Source of the DNA: the human T2T-CHM13v2.0 reference genome, Homo sapiens
NCBI RefSeq assembly: GCF_009914755.1
Contig: NC_060947.1
DNA: 64,000 nt
Direction: 5' to 3' (one strand)
This document shows positions 31,370 through 45,714 of the stretch, piece by piece (position 1 is the stretch's first letter; each line of letters opens with the position of its first letter). Made by a program: the position numbers and the translations under genes. A model generated the notes under the pieces. It did no database searches, was not told where the DNA came from, and saw only the letters and a list, made by a program, of their open reading frames with translations.

Positions 31370-33424
31370 TGAGGATCTCTAAATATTTTGGATAGTAACC
31401 ATTTAACTCTTCTCTATGTTGCAAATATATTAAGCAGTTTATCGTTTGTCTTTTAACTTTGATTTGGATGTCTTTCACTGTACAGAAATGTTTATGATTT
31501 TTGTAAAAATCACAATTTTCAATCTATTCCTTTATAAGCCAACAATGCCACAATTAGATATCCTTGCACTATGTCATATACAGTTGGCTCATTATTTCCT
31601 TAAGATAAATTCCTAGGATTAGATTTGTTCAGTTAATATTTTTCTCGATATTGCCAAATTGCTTTCTAAAATATTTCTAGCAAGTTACACTCCAACTACA
31701 GTGTATACAAGTACATTTTCCCCCTCCTCCTGACGTCTTCTGATAATTCAGGTTTTGGCTCTTAAATCAAATGCTAGGCTGAAATTCATATTTGACTGGG
31801 AGGAAAGGCAAGACTGAGAAAGGCTGGGAGCAGAAATCCCTAACTGCACGTGGAACACCTGTAATACATGTTTCACCTTCAATTATTTAAGTAAACATGC
31901 TCTTTAATTCATTTCCAACTAGAACTGTGTCGAAAGCGTTTTCCAACGTTAAATCACTCTAAATTCACTGTGAAATGAATGACCATTTAGGGTCATCTCT
32001 GCTGGCAGCATCTGCAACAGCAGGCAATGATGAACTAACTTTAGAGCTCTATCTCATCTTAAGACACTTGGAAAAAATCTACTGCTGCATCTTCACTGAT
32101 CTCTGAGGTCAGCTAGATTGGTTCCATAACTTTCTGAAGGCTGAGTGGTGAGTAGGAATCAGTTTCTATTTAACTTGGCTTCCTGCAAAGAGGACAAGTT
32201 TGAGGTCCTCCCATGAGAAGTTATTCTAACAGAAATAAACAGTGATGTCACACTCTGCAAAGGGTATAGTGCCAAACAAGTACAGGTGTAGCTTTTTCCC
32301 TTACTCTGCCTGGGCTTGCTTCATCTTCTTGTGCCTGTTTTCTGCCAGTATCCAGATATGGTCAAGGGTATTTTGGTGTGTGCTTTAGGCCAAAGGTAGG
32401 GTCTGTGGATTAGAAGATGGAAGTCTGAGTGGTAGTTTATGTAGCTTACGAATATCTTTTGTCTGAAGAGCACAGTAGCAACCTAAAATCCTTTGGAGGT
32501 GGCAGGGCAATGGGGAAACATGAAAAAGTGGTGATGATAGTTGTTGCTTACCCATTTTACAGATGGAGAACACATCTGGAAAGGAGAAATGCTCCAAGAG
32601 TTGGACACTGCTGGAAAAGGATCCTGGCATACCTCCTAATACTTGCTAACTAAAGATTTGGCAACTTCTCTCCTCTAGGGATATATGTATGTGCCTTTAA
32701 AGTGAAGCTTCCTGATTTGATATGTTTAATAATGCCCTTTGTACTTACCCATCATTCACTTTATCTAGTGTGGTACTGACACAGCCCACCCCAGGGACGA
32801 TTTTGAGCTGTCAGAAGATGGGTGGATTATTGTCCCCAAAGGAATAATTTGGATTACTTGAACTATTGACAATTATGAGTTGTGGTTTTCCACTTACCTC
32901 AAAATCTTGGTATTTGGCAAATGACTTTAGATTGTATCTAATATTTGTCTTTTTTTCTCCTTTTTAAAGATTTGGACTAGAGTAAGCATAGTTCACAGAG
33001 GAAATGATGGCCAGATAATATAATTATTAAATTTTGCTGCCTTGAAAAAAGTGGTTTTAGTTTTTATGCTAATGAATGTCCTGTTTTAAAACTAGTGTTT
33101 CTCTTTTTAATTGCCAAATAATTTAAAATTGAAACATCATAGCCACAGATATGGATTCTATGCATAAATCATATGATACATTTATACTTTTTGATGGTTA
33201 CAAGTGGAAAGGTCATCTTTCTTTTTAAAACTATGCTTGGTGCTTTAAGTAGAATTGGAAATTGTCATGTTTTTCTTTTCTAATGAACTATTCTGCAAAG
33301 GTAACATTGTTTTTTTAACTCTGATTAGAACTGGAAGGGGATGTCTGACTCCATACTTAATCCAAAAATAAAAACCTCATTAACAAAGAGGCAAAGAGAG
33401 TCAGTAAATGGAGCTTACATTAAA

Positions 33425-33560
33425 TTGGGAGGCAGAAGTCCAGGGTTCGAGTTCTGGTTTTGTTATTAATTAGTTGTGTGACCCTGAACTAGAGCTTAAA
33501 TGCCTCTGAGCCTCAGATTCCTGACATATAAAATGAGGGCATCGTTAGGAATTGATGATC
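33425..33560 (+). mobile_element. MIR
   Basis: gggttcgagttctgg...tagttgtgtgacc...ctctgagcctcag. Confidence 0.75.
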
Positions 33561-33599
33561 CATATTGTAATTCCTTCAACTTAAACAAGGCATTCTCCT

Positions 33600-33760
33600 C
33601 TCCAAAGTCAATGTTTGCTTTGTGACAGAATCACTTGGGGACATTTTAAAAATATATTTTGAAGGCCCCACCTCAACCAGTTGAATCTGAACTCCAAGGG
33701 TAGACCCAGGAAACCTATTTGTTAACTAGCTTCTTAGGTGATTTGGGAGAAGACTGGAAC
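33600..33760. mobile_element. MER5A-like hAT element
   Basis: cagaatcacttgggg...ggccccacctc..ccagttgaatctgaactc. Confidence 0.6.
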
Positions 33761-34449
33761 ACCCTCCAGAGGTAACTTTCAGGAGGCAAGATCTCCTGGT
33801 GTTTTCTGGCTTGAGGGAATGAAAGCATTTTCAAAAGTGGGGAAGTCCAGGTCACCTAGGAGCTCTGGCTTAGAAATCTATGATATGAAACTGCACTTGA
33901 GGAGGCTGGCTTTTGGCCTAGCTCCCTGGGACTGGTTTCTGCAGAGGTGAATGGAGAGCACAGTGTTCTTCTTAAGAAGAGCGAGTTTGGACGAACAAAC
34001 TGACCAGTCATTTAATAATGAGTATATTTCAAGCCCTTTGGCACACTACCTTGAGAAGAAGCATTACTGAGAGAGGGCACAGTGATTTCCATAACTCCTA
34101 GACTGTTTTGGCCCAAGCTTTCCTTTGAATCCTATTTCAAATTTCTATTCCCTCTTTGACTTTTTCAACTTTTGTTCTTCTTCCCTTCATTAAATTCACA
34201 GTGTTGCAGTGGGTTTTTCCCACTTCCCCTTGATCTCACTGATCTTATTTCCTTCAGCCATAGGCACTCTCTCAATACCATCCTATCTTCTAAATGCCAA
34301 AAAGAAAGGAGTCAGCACTAGTGTACACCAATTTGCCCCACTATTTCCTTCTGCGCCAACTTTCAGCCCTTCACTTCATTATGGGAGTAGTTGGAGCTAG
34401 GGAAATGCTTCTCTAAGGCAAACTTTCAGAGACAGCAAGTGTTTCTTTT

Positions 34450-34700
34450 TATATATAGCTCCCATTTATTAACTGTTTGTTGTGTGTCAGGTATTGCACT
34501 GCTCTTTGCATGTGTTGTCTCATTTAATTTTCTCTGCAACTCTGTTAGGTTAATACTGTTAGCATTCCATTTTACAGAGGAGGGAACTAAGGCTCAGAGC
34601 AGCTAAGTGATTTGCACAAGTTCACTCAGATGGTGAGCAGCAAAGTGAATCTCTGTCTGGTCTTGGGGTCTGAATGGTTAAACAGAGTGTTCTACTATTA
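34450..34700 (-). mobile_element. MIR
   Basis: ccattttacagaggagggaactaaggctcagag...aagtgatttgcacaag. Confidence 0.8.
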
Positions 34701-35658
34701 AGGGCTTCCTGTGGTAATAAGACTGTGTTACACCAAAGGGGAATGTATGAAGCAACAGATCTTCTTGGGTGTGACCAGTCTGAGCCTTGAAGCAACAATA
34801 AAGACCAGGAAAGAAAGGGGAGGTTCATTTTAATGGCAGCAAAATGTTGCCAGAATTATTGTGTGTCATTGTAGGGGTGGGGCTCAGAGATTAGTCTTGA
34901 TTCTTGTGAATTGTTAACTGAGTAAATCTCTAAATATTATCATTGAGAGATAAATTCCTGATATCCCCATGACTATTGTTTGTGTCACAAATCATGGGAA
35001 TGTGGAACATACTTTTTGTTTTCCTCCTCCTACTCCCAGCAGGAGACTAGTGCCAAGGGTATAGAGGACCTCTGGGAGGCAGGGAGTGACTTCCTGGATG
35101 TTTTCAGCTAAAGGGAGCCTGGGTGGGGGAAGACAACCAGGGAGAGGACCCAGAATAACATGAATAACAGTGTCATTGGCTGGGATTATTGGGTTTCCAG
35201 CTCACTCAAGTTCTTCCTGTCTGATTCTCATTATCAAACTTGCAGCATGCAGCAAAGGATATTTGGCATCCAGCAATACAGACTCATTGATCTACGACTG
35301 ATACGATTCAAACTCATGAACATAACCAAAGCATGCACTGCAATTTCCAGACTATACGTATGGGACCAAATCCATCCTTAAACCCTAACCTAATGCCCTT
35401 TTTGAAGTAGCCGAACTTTTCACTTTGACTGTAGTATAGGGCATTGAGCAATTTAACATCACTGCACAAAAACAGACCATTTGTTTTCTTTCCCGCAGCT
35501 CTTTCCTAGAAAGATCTTCTACTGGCTATAATTTCTCTAAAAATTCCCTTCCAATTGGAGCCCTCAGGGGAGGACTTGCACCCATTTCCTGCAATATCTG
35601 TCCTCTTTATTGCCGTTTCCGGTAATGAGAGTCAATAGGCATCAAGAAACCAAAGATG

Positions 35659-35832
35659 AGCCAGGCATGGGGGTGTGCACCTGTAGTGCACCTCAGCTAC
35701 TAGGGAGGCTGAGGTGGGAGGATCACTTAAGCCCACGAGTTTGAGGCTGCAGTGAGCTGTGATTGTGCCACTACCCTCCAGCCTGGGCAAAAGAGTGAGA
35801 CCCTGTCTCTTGATAAAACAGGAAAGAAAGGG
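35659..35832 (+). mobile_element. Free Alu monomer (FAM/FRAM-like)
   Basis: Single right-arm-type monomer; flanking agaaaccaa repeat. Confidence 0.8.
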
Positions 35833-36089
35833 AGAAACCAAGAAACTACGGTCTTGTAAGGCCTCAATTGCTTACTCCATGTCTAATGCCAGATAAGTCA
35901 CTTTGCCTCTTTAGGCCTCAGTTCTTCCATCTGCAATGATTCTAATTCTCCCTTCTCTGTGGAAAACTTGGAGCAATCAGATCACTGAAAACAGACTACT
36001 TTGAAAGAAAAGTGGTCCAAGATATATGACTGTGAATGTCTTCATGTTTTCCCTGGCAAAAGAGCTGTTTTGGAGCAAAAAAGAGGGTA

Positions 36090-36530
36090 GGGTAAAGGTT
36101 AAAAGATCACTTGCTTAAGTTTAAGTCCCTGCTCTGCCTTCTGCTAGCTGTGTGGTCTTGGAAAGTTTCTTAACCACCTAACTGCCTTGGCTCTGTAAAA
36201 TGGAAAAAATAATATTAGTACTTACCTCACAGAGTTGTGGTGAGGAATCAAAGAGATAATCTATGTCTGTCCAATAGATAGTGTTTATTTATGGCAACTA
36301 TTTTTATTTTGAATGCATGAAGCTCCATGAAGAGGTTTGGATCCTGGCTCAGGCACTTTGGACAGTCATTTAGCCTCTCTAAACCTCTGTTTCTTCACTT
36401 GTGTAATGGGGATAATAATAGTAGCTACGTTTTTGGGTTTCTTGAGGAATATATAAGATAATTCCTGCAAAGTTCTCAGTACACCACCTGGTACACAGAC
36501 GTGCTCAATAAGCTATTGCTATTATCATTC
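36090..36530 (+). mobile_element. Two consecutive MIRs
   Basis: MIR cores at ~36140-36260 and ~36360-36525 (taatggggataataatagtagctac). Confidence 0.75.
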
Positions 36531-37339
36531 GGTTGCCATCCTCAGAGGACTTGTGGATCCTTTGGTCCCTGCTTTTCTATATCTGGACCACCTATGGGCC
36601 TGGCTCCCACCCCAGAAAATATTTCTGGTGCCTGTGATGTACAATTATCCTCATTTACCCTTGTTTGGGTTAAGTAGAGGAGATAGCCTTTTTGCATAGG
36701 GGAGGCCCCAAGACTGAGGGGACTTCTTGCTAAAGCACTGCACAAGGGCTGCTTGTGGAGAACAGCTGATTCCTTGACCTCGAAAATGTTTCACACAGTG
36801 ACCAAAATGGGAACAAAGCAGACCCTGCTTTACGACTCCCACTGGAGCCTGGTCCCATGAAGCACAAAGTTCTGTCATTGCCCTCCCCACGCCTCCCCTG
36901 TCGGCTCCACCAGCCATATATTCCCTTCTGACATTCCTCCAAGACAACTGGTCAGAGAGCACTTAGTCTCCTCCCCACATAATATGTTGAGTAAGGCAAC
37001 CAGATGCTGCCATAGTGACAATTCCTACCTGATCAATAGAGCTGGGAATTAAGCCCTGGTGACAGGACCTTCTTTGTGGAGGGCCTCCTCCCAGGGCATC
37101 GCCTAGCTCAGCCTGGTGATGAAGCAACCTGCCCTACCCACCACTGTCTGTGTACTAATCTCTGGGCCTTTCTCTATACATTAATCCACATCTCTGGGGC
37201 CCCAAAGTGACCATTTCAGAGAAATTTTGACCTCATTGGATTCCCCAATGTCTCTGTCTTGGTTCAGACCTTCATGATTTCTTGCCTGAACTATATCATA
37301 TTATTGTTCCTGCTACTTTTACTTCTATGAATAACAATA

Positions 37340-37592
37340 AATTATAGCTAACAGTTATTGTGTACTTATTATGTCCTAGTTGCTGTGCTAGCATTTGCAT
37401 GTATTATCTCATTTAATAGTCACAAAAACCCTATGAGGCAGGCACTATTATCCCCATTTTACAGAGGAGCAATTATAATACCAGCTAACATATATTGAGT
37501 GCTTACCATGTGCTAGGCACTGTGCTAGCTGCCTTATATATTTTTTTCTCATTTAATCCTCATGATAACTGTATGAGGTAGGCATTATTACT
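37340..37592 (-). mobile_element. Two tandem MIR 3' halves
   Basis: ctcatttaat..tca...atgagg.aggca.tatta occurs twice. Confidence 0.8.
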
Positions 37593-37939
37593 ACTAATAG
37601 AGATATCTGTAGGCCTCTGGTAGTAAAGGACTGGATAAGAACCCTGATACTTATGAAATATTCAGAAGGGTTGCATGACCCAAGAGGACTTTGGATGTAC
37701 TTTTACAAGTCCTTCCTCACTAGGTGCTTGGGTACAGTAGACATTGCTCATTTTGAATCTTGCAGGGACCCTGGCCATGGCTGGTGATAGGAGAAGGAGT
37801 GGTGAGTCTTTCTTACCCTGGGTTGTTTTAGGGATATCTGGGATCAGGCTATGGTAGAGGCACAAAAATTTTGATGCCTTGCTCATGGTGTTTTCCTACT
37901 TGGTCTTCTCTAAAAATCCTTCTCAGACCATGTCACTTC

Positions 37940-38820
37940 TTTCTTTCATTCCTTTAGTCATTCATCCTTTCATCCCAAGGACACATGTTGATTACCTACT
38001 ATATACTAGGTAATGTGCTAGACATTCGGAATATTATTATAAGCGAAACAGACATAAAACCTACCCTCATGAAGCTTATGGTCTAATGGAGGAGACAAAC
38101 ATTAAACAAATAAACTCAGACACATATAATTGTAAATTATAGTAGTGCTGTGAAGGAAAAGTATAGGGTAGGAGAGACAATAGCAGGGGAGACTTCATTG
38201 AGATGGTTGAGGAGCATGAAGAAAGGCCCTTCTAGGGGAAATGACACCTAAGCTGAGGCCTGAAACGTGAATAAATATTAACAAAGAGTGTTTCATGCAG
38301 AGAGAGCAAATTGTACAGACACCCTGAGGTGGGTACTTTCCATATTCAAGTGACTAAAAGAGACAGTGAACCGGGAGAAAGTGATGCTCAATGAGGTCGG
38401 AGACCATGCAGAACCTTGAAGGCCATGGTAATGAGTTCCCTTTTTATGCCAAGAGCAGATGGAAGCCAATGAAGTAGAATCAGTGAAGTAAGGGTAGAAT
38501 CAGGGTAATGTAATTCATAGTTTTACAATATCACTCTGGCCGCTATATAAAATGGAACTTAAGAGTGGCGAGAAGAGAAAGAGGGGCAAGCTAGGAGGCC
38601 ATGACAGTAGTCCAGGAAAAGAGATGGTGGTGGCCTGGACTAGAGGTGACAGTGGCCATGAAGAGGAGGGCAAATGCAGCATGTGTTTCAAAAGAGCTTG
38701 CTACTAGACTGGATATAAGGACTAAGAGGAGAGAGGAATCTAGGAAGACTTCCATGTTTCTAGCTTGAATAACGTGATGAAAGGTGTCCATTTATGGACA
38801 TGGGGAAGTATCCTGAAGCA
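37940..38820 (-). mobile_element. L2
   Basis: cattcatcc...ctaccctcatgaagcttatggtctaatggaggagaca, antisense L2 3' region. Confidence 0.8.
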
Positions 38821-39669
38821 GATTGAGTTGAGCTCTCATCCTGTGCCATATTCAGTCTAAAATGCTCATTTAGCATATAAGCTCTATTACCTTGTTTTGA
38901 TGGTAGTTAACATGAATGCATTTGTTCTCTCCCTAGGTAGGTTTTAAGCCCCTTGAGGACAGTAGCTGTGTCTTACTCATCTCTATATTCCCCAAGGCAC
39001 CCAAGATATGATGTATTAAATGCTGTATGATTGATTAACAAAGGGAAGAGGTTCCTTTCTCTTTCAACCTTACTCTTCTTGCCAAGGCATGGGACATTAC
39101 TCTGGATTATGCTTTTTTAAAAAAACAAATGTGACGCACTCAATGATATATATTATTTGATATAGACTTTGAACTTCATTCAATCATTAATCACCTTTTG
39201 AATAACTCCTGCCATATGAGCAAGATACATAAGGCACACATACGTTTGCTCTGCAGAATACCCTTCAGCAGTGCAGTACAGGCTATGGAGTCACAGAAGA
39301 ATGGTCTCACGGGAATGTGTGGGCTAGGTCAGGATTGGCAGAGCAGAAGACTAGAAGTAGCCTAAAAGCCTGAGTTGTTTAGGCAGTTAGTTTTAACTCT
39401 GGAACAACTTCACTCCAATGATTTCCTCCCAAAAGGGTCTATTCAGAGTTTCGAGACATCTTAATTCCCCATAATGCCTCTCCATTTCTGCAATCCACTG
39501 CCACTACCCCAAATGTAAGTTCCTTTCCTCTCCTAGGGATTTTCATCCTCATATATGTTTCTGCTTTCTCTTTACACTCTATCCTCTTTCTCGGGCTTTC
39601 CGTCTGTATCCTTTGAGATCTATGTTGCATATCAACAAACTCCTCTGGTCCTTCACCCTCGTGTACATC

Positions 39670-39842
39670 ACAGTGCTGGCTACATGTTAGCATCACCTGG
39701 GGAGTTTTTTAACGGGTACTGAAGCCTGGACCCCATCCCTAGAGAATCTGATTCATTTGGCCTGAAGAGGGACCTGGGTTTCCGTACTTTTTAGAGCTAC
39801 TCCAGGTGATACTAGTGTGCTGTCAGGTTTTCACACCACTGG
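39670..39842. mobile_element. MER5-family hAT element
   Basis: catcacctggggag...gaatctgattcatttgg...ccaggtgat...caccactg. Confidence 0.7.
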
Positions 39843-40199
39843 TACCTGCTTGCCTTAATTGACACATCAGTTCTCTTGCAGCTTATCAAGTGTAAGCCGC
39901 TCATTCTCCTGGGTTGCACATTCTACAGAGCTGAGGGGTGATAGCCACACTCTCCTATTTCCCCAGAACTATTTTTAGGCCTTTTAAGTTCATCCTGAAA
40001 AAGAAGCGAAAAAAGCCAACAGATAACAAAATTAAATGCAAACTAAATTCATTGTTTTTTTTAAAAAATAAATTGATTTTAAAATAAAAGAAAATAAAAT
40101 GACATCAATGCTCCCTGTAAGTGTCATGGCATCTATACTGCTCACTCTTTTCTTTTGTCAACTCTTGTCTTCCTCATGTACCCACACTTTTCCTAAATG

Positions 40200-42740
40200 T
40201 TTAATACTTGGTTTATCAGTTTCCTCTCCAACCTAAGTCCTGCTTTTCTCCTGGAGGACTTTAGTGCCCTTGTTGGCAATCTATCCAACATTCTGGACTT
40301 ATGGTTCCTTCATCACTTTGACAAATATTTATGGAATGCCTATGTACCAGGCACTGTTGTAAGTAAGTACTAGGTATGGAACAGTGAACATATGGACAAA
40401 ATCCCTGCCCTCCAGAAGCTCATTATCAGGAAGGTGCCAGTGAGGGGGATAATCAACCAATCAGTAGGCAAATAAATGTTAATAAGCATTGTGGAAAAAT
40501 TTAAGCAGAGGATGAGGGAATGCTGGGAGAGAGGGATCAATTTTAAATATAAGGGAATAAATTTCAACAAGAATAGCCTTCACTGAGCTACCCTTGCAAA
40601 TATCTTGAGGGAGAGCATTATAAACATAGAGAACAGCAAGTGCAAATGTCCTGGGACAGGAGTGTACCTGGCTGTGAGGAGGCAAGTCTAGCTTAAGCTG
40701 AGTTAGAAGGTGAGGTCAAGGAGGTAACATGGAGATGGGTCTTATCAGGCCTTACAGGAAATTGTAAGGACACTGGCTCTTACTTTGAATGAGACAGTGA
40801 ACCACTGGAGGGGAGGGTTCTGGGTAGGGAAAGTAATAGGGTGTGACTTTTATTTGAAGTTTCCTTGATATCAGTTATCTCCACTCACTTTCATCTCTAC
40901 TGCACTTTGATAACCTGTCCCCATTGCCAGCTCCTGGATTTTGTCCCCAAACTGTTCTACCTCTGAAATCTTAAACTCTAGTATTTTAATTGAGAGAGCT
41001 TATATATCCAGCTCCCTCATGCTAATTATACTTTCTCTTTTATTTCATCTAAATCTCTCATCTGTTGATTCTACAGTGGTCTTCGTGGATGTTAGTCCCT
41101 CCTGGCTTCCCTCTTTTCCCTCTCCCTCCTAAATTCCATAGTGCATCTTTTCCAGCAATTCTCATGTGTCAATATATTTTTTTTCCTATTTAACCCTATA
41201 TTATAGTGGTTTAGCAAAACCCAAACCATAGATCATTCTAGTGGATCTTGTTCCTGGCTGCACATGAGAATGACCTGGGATGCTTAGAAACATACTGATA
41301 CCTGATTTCACTGGTTTAGGATGGGGTCTGGATATAGATATCTTAATGATCCCCAAGTGATTGTAATGAGCAACCAGATTGAGAACCTGTGGACTAACCC
41401 AGCATCTGCCTCTTCATTTTCTATATCTTGACATCTGAGCAGAAAACCAAATCTCAACTGCTCCCTGTAAATTGCTTGGAAATCTTACAAAGTGACGTTA
41501 GTAAGCTACATGTCACTTTTCTGTTATGTTAAACCAACCTGCACCACCCTCCTCTAGGCTTCAACCTCACTTCTGTCTCTGTCTCTCCTAGAAGATGACT
41601 TCTTTTCCCATTTCATAAAGAAAATAGCAGCTTCTAGCACCCCAAGCTCCTGCCCTTCTACCTCAAACCTAGATGTACCTGTGTCCACTTTTATCCTGTT
41701 GTCTCCTCTGGCACTTCCAAAACTTTCCTCATTCTTGTAGATCTTCAACATCTTGCCACTGGGTCTTTTCAAAATATCTACAATCTCTTTTGTCTTTAAA
41801 AACCTTCTCTTCACCTCTAGATTCTCACTTGCTAGCTACTGCCCTATGTCTCTTCTTCCCTTCACAGCTAAGCTTCTTGAAAAAAGGAGTCTTTAACCAA
41901 TCCCATTCTCTCACCTTCCATTCACTTTTTTAGTCCCCTGGAATTTGGTTTCTGGTTTCATGAAACACATTTTGCTGTGGACACCAGTGATTTCCCAAGT
42001 GACAAATCTAATGAATAGTTCTGTCTTTTTCTTTACTTGTTGTTTCTGAGTCATTAATTTTATACTGCCTGTCTTCCTGAAAATCTGTTCTTTCATGGAT
42101 TCCATGAGAGTATTTTCTTGATTTACCTCCTACTTCTTTGGCAGCTTCTTGAGTTCTTCTTCCTTGTCCTAGACCTGAAATATGAGTTTGGAAAAATATG
42201 AGGAATCTCTTCTTACTAGTTCACATTTCTTTCTCAGCAATTTTATGCATGCCTTTGGCTTCAAGTATCACCTACATGTTCATGACTCCCAGATATATTA
42301 CCCCCACTATGGATTTCTCTCCTGATCCCTAGATCTGTTTATCAGACTGCCTATGGACTGCCTCTGCCTAGAAATTCTGCAGGAACCTCAAAGCAGTGTG
42401 TCCCAAACTTAACTTGGCCTTTTAGAAATACTCTGACTCCACCAAACCAGAAAGCGGAGTCATCCAAGATTCCTCCTTCATCTCCCTCACCTTCCACAAT
42501 TACCAATCCTCCCAAGGCTATCTCTAAAATCTTTGTTATCTATTTGCTTCTTGCATCTTGACTGCCACATCTCTAGATTCTCATCATCTCTCCTCTGGAC
42601 CACTACAATATCTTCCTAACTGGATTTCTTGGCATTATAACAGCCTCCTTCAAGCTGTCTTGCAAAGTTGAATAATCTTTCCACCATGCAAACCTTACTT
42701 GTTATTTCTCTGCTCCTATGCAATTAATCATTAATGACTC
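40200..42740. mobile_element. L2 fragments (antisense L2 at ~40310-40860 nested in a sense L2), plus a MER5-like element at ~41240-41395
   Basis: acaaatatttatggaatgcctatgtaccaggcactg (L2 end); tggcttcaagtatcacctacatg...gactcccagat (L2 sense). Confidence 0.7.
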
Positions 42741-44189
42741 CCAGGGACTTATAGCAGTGGTTTTCAAGTTATACTTCATGCATCCCTGTGTGTGTTCTGG
42801 AGTGAAGTTGGGGGCAGCAGGCCGAGCAGGCCACATAACAGGGCCAAGCCGCCAAGCCTCTAATTTAACTAGGACAGCTGTGCTTTATATCTGTTTATCA
42901 TCCTGGCCTCTGAAGATATTTCCCATTAGAGTGAAAATTCTACAGCCAAAAGAAATATTTGAATGCTATTGATGTTGACCTTCATAACTAATAAGCTTAG
43001 TATTTATCAGGAACAGAAGGGTATCTCTGACATCAAGAATGTGAAAGCTTCATAGGCCTTGTGTCCAGGAACTTTATCCCCCCTAGATGTATTCGTTTGG
43101 TTGCAAGGCCCAGAATGAGGCCTCTCACAGCTTGATGTGACCTTTTGTGTGTTGTAAGGCCCTTTCTCTGCCTTTCAGGGCTGCTGGTGCCTGTTATACA
43201 CATGAAATACAGAACTCTGCCTGAAGAACAACCATGGCCTTGATGCAGGCACTATCCCTGGTCAGCATCAGATATGAAATTGCACATAGTTCTATAATTT
43301 GCATTTTCTACTTAATATATGTCTAATATACTCCTGAGTGATTGTAGAGCCTATTTAAAAGCAGCAGAATATTCCACTGAATTAAAATTTTTTACATGTT
43401 TACTTCATGAAATGAAATTCTGTTGCCTTTATCAGAACTGGGAGAACCTTAAGACATCCTGTCCAGTCCTCATGCTGTGGTCTCCATGGGAACTAATTCC
43501 CAGTGAGCTCTTTGTTCTCAGGGCAGCTTAGTTGCCCTCATTTACTCTTCCAAACTGTGATTAAGCTCAGGCTGTAGGCTTTTCATCTGCATCCAGGAAA
43601 AGGGAAAGTGCACACTCTTACCTATAAAAAGGGAAATTTGCCATTGATAAATCTGGTGGTTCCCAGGCCCATGCTATAAAATTGCCTCAATTTGTCCAGT
43701 TCAGAGAATGTTCATGGTGAGTGGAGCCTATGGCCATGGCCAGGCTTGACTGACCTAAGCCTCTAGTGTCATCTCTCCCTAAACAAATATTCTTATTAAA
43801 ACTGCTGTTAAGTAAAAGCACTGAATTGAAAATTAGGTTTTCATCAGGTTCTAGTGCTGATTGTGCCACTCAACTAACTGTATGACCTTGGGCAAGTCAC
43901 TGAACAATTCTCATTTGAACACAGAAAGGACGATGTTGAACCAAGTGATCTCTAGGATTATTTTCAGTTCTGATACCTTGAGTCTTTGATACTAGGAGAT
44001 AATTGCTATGTAAATGCTTTCAAAAGTTCAAAGTGCTATATCAGCGTGAGGTGTTATGATTAATTAAACTTACTGCTTTAAGTTCCCACAGAGCATAAGG
44101 AGAAGTAAAGGAGCCTTCCTGATACACAACTGGGCAAGTCAACATCCGAATCATCTGAAGTTAGCATGGTAGTGTTATTTACTGGGAAG

Positions 44190-44440
44190 AAAAATAATAA
44201 TAAGAGTTATTATTCATTGAAACATGACCACATGCCAAACAGCATGCTAGTCACTGTCACATACATTTTTATTATTCATCCCCACAATGAATCCATTGTT
44301 ACTATTATTTTTGCCCTTTTACAAATGAGAAAACTGAGTTCAAGGAGGTTAAGTGACTTGATTGCCATCATACCCCTAGCAATCGATGAAGCTAAGGTTT
44401 GAACCACAATTTTTCTGATTCAAAAGCTCAAGCATTTTCA
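44190..44440 (-). mobile_element. MIR
   Basis: ttttacaaatgagaaaactgagttcaaggaggttaagtgacttg. Confidence 0.8.
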
Positions 44441-44479
44441 AGTGTGAGAAAATGTGAGATCCAAGGCCATGTTTTCTAT

Positions 44480-44650
44480 CCCAGTACATCTAAAACTCTA
44501 ATTCGTGTATGAATCACCAGGAGTTCTTGCTAAATTCAAATTGCTGACTCCATAGGTCTGGGGTGGAGCCTGAGCTTCTGCATTTCTAACAAGCTTCCAG
44601 TTGCTGCTTGATGTAGCAGGTCCATGGACCACACTTTGAGTAGCAAGAGA
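44480..44650. mobile_element. MER5A
   Basis: taggtctggggtggagcctgag...tgcatttctaacaagc...ggtccatggaccacactttgagtagca. Confidence 0.85.
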
Positions 44651-44698
44651 CTAGAGACCTTTATATGGAAATCATCTGGCCTATATTTGCCCCTGGAG

Positions 44699-44792
44699 CA
44701 GGGCTGCACAGACTGCACTGCACAACTCCAGGGAGCACTGTTCACATTGCAGTCTCTGTGCAGTGTGCCTCTTGAGTTGTGTACTGTGCTCC
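44699..44792. mobile_element. MER91-like palindromic hAT-Tip100 element
   Basis: gcactgcacaactccaggg...ttcacat...gagttgtgtactgtgc imperfect palindrome. Confidence 0.65.
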
Positions 44793-45008
44793 CCTTGTCC
44801 TAGAATGAGAACATTGTGAGTAGTGAGTAGATCTACAGAATCTTCCTCTACCTGTGCCACGTCTGAAGAACAGGAAGTGTTCTTTCCCTCACAAATGAAA
44901 AATGGATCAATGCTGTTGAGAAAAGCAACACAAATCCAGTCTGCCCACAATGAGGGTGGCCCATTTGGTGTTCTAAGGCAAGATGGGGAGGAGGGGGAGA
45001 AGGAAGCT

Positions 45009-45084
45009 AGCTGGCAAGCTGGCTGGCTGGCTGACTGACTGACTGGCTGGCTTGCTGGCTGGCTGGCTGGCTGGTTGGCGTGGC
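45009..45084. repeat. (GGCT/GACT)n tetranucleotide repeat
   Basis: Direct reading. Confidence 0.9.
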
Positions 45085-45714
45085 AGGCTCCATTCTTATG
45101 CTAACAAAGCTCTGATTCCAGGCAGCAGCTGCTGCTTGTGTGGGTGCTTGGGCCATTCATAGCAGCTTGCTTTACCAGTGCCAGACCCCCAGAACAGGTG
45201 CGGCCGCACTTGTTATTTTGCTCAGTCCTGACCGTCCAGACAGGGAGCTGATTATCACTATGAATCTGGGATTGCTGCTGATATTCCAGCTTCTCCTGAA
45301 CAAAGGGGCCAGCCTTGAGACAGCTGTCTTTTCTGGCCACAGTGAGGCTGACTGCCCTGAAGGCCATGTGGGCCTTGGGGAGGTGGGTTTGCATTGCAAA
45401 TGGGACGGAGAAAATCAGACCCAGGTAAGCAGTTCTTCTGAAACAGTTCAAAGTGTCTGAGAGTCAGAAAGTTTGGGGGCTTAAGCCCACAGTCCCCAAG
45501 CAGGAGCTCCAAACCTATTGAGATCTCTCCAAGCTCCTCTTCTCTGGTCAGGTGCTGTTGCCCTTAGCCTTCCCTTGGCCTAAGGTCTGCTGCAGTGGCC
45601 AAGGGCAAGAGAAGGGCAGCTGGCTGACATTGTCCCCTTCCTCCTTTGCTCAGCCTCAGGACCAGGCTTTGGGAACCAGGAAATTAGCTTCTATTCACAA
45701 AAAGGATGGAGAAC

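Larger units (their letters stand above)
30380..31750 (-). mobile_element. Old L1 (L1ME-like) antisense fragments
   Basis: ctagtgaggttgaacatcttttcatgtg...tggccatctgtatttcttc. Confidence 0.7.
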
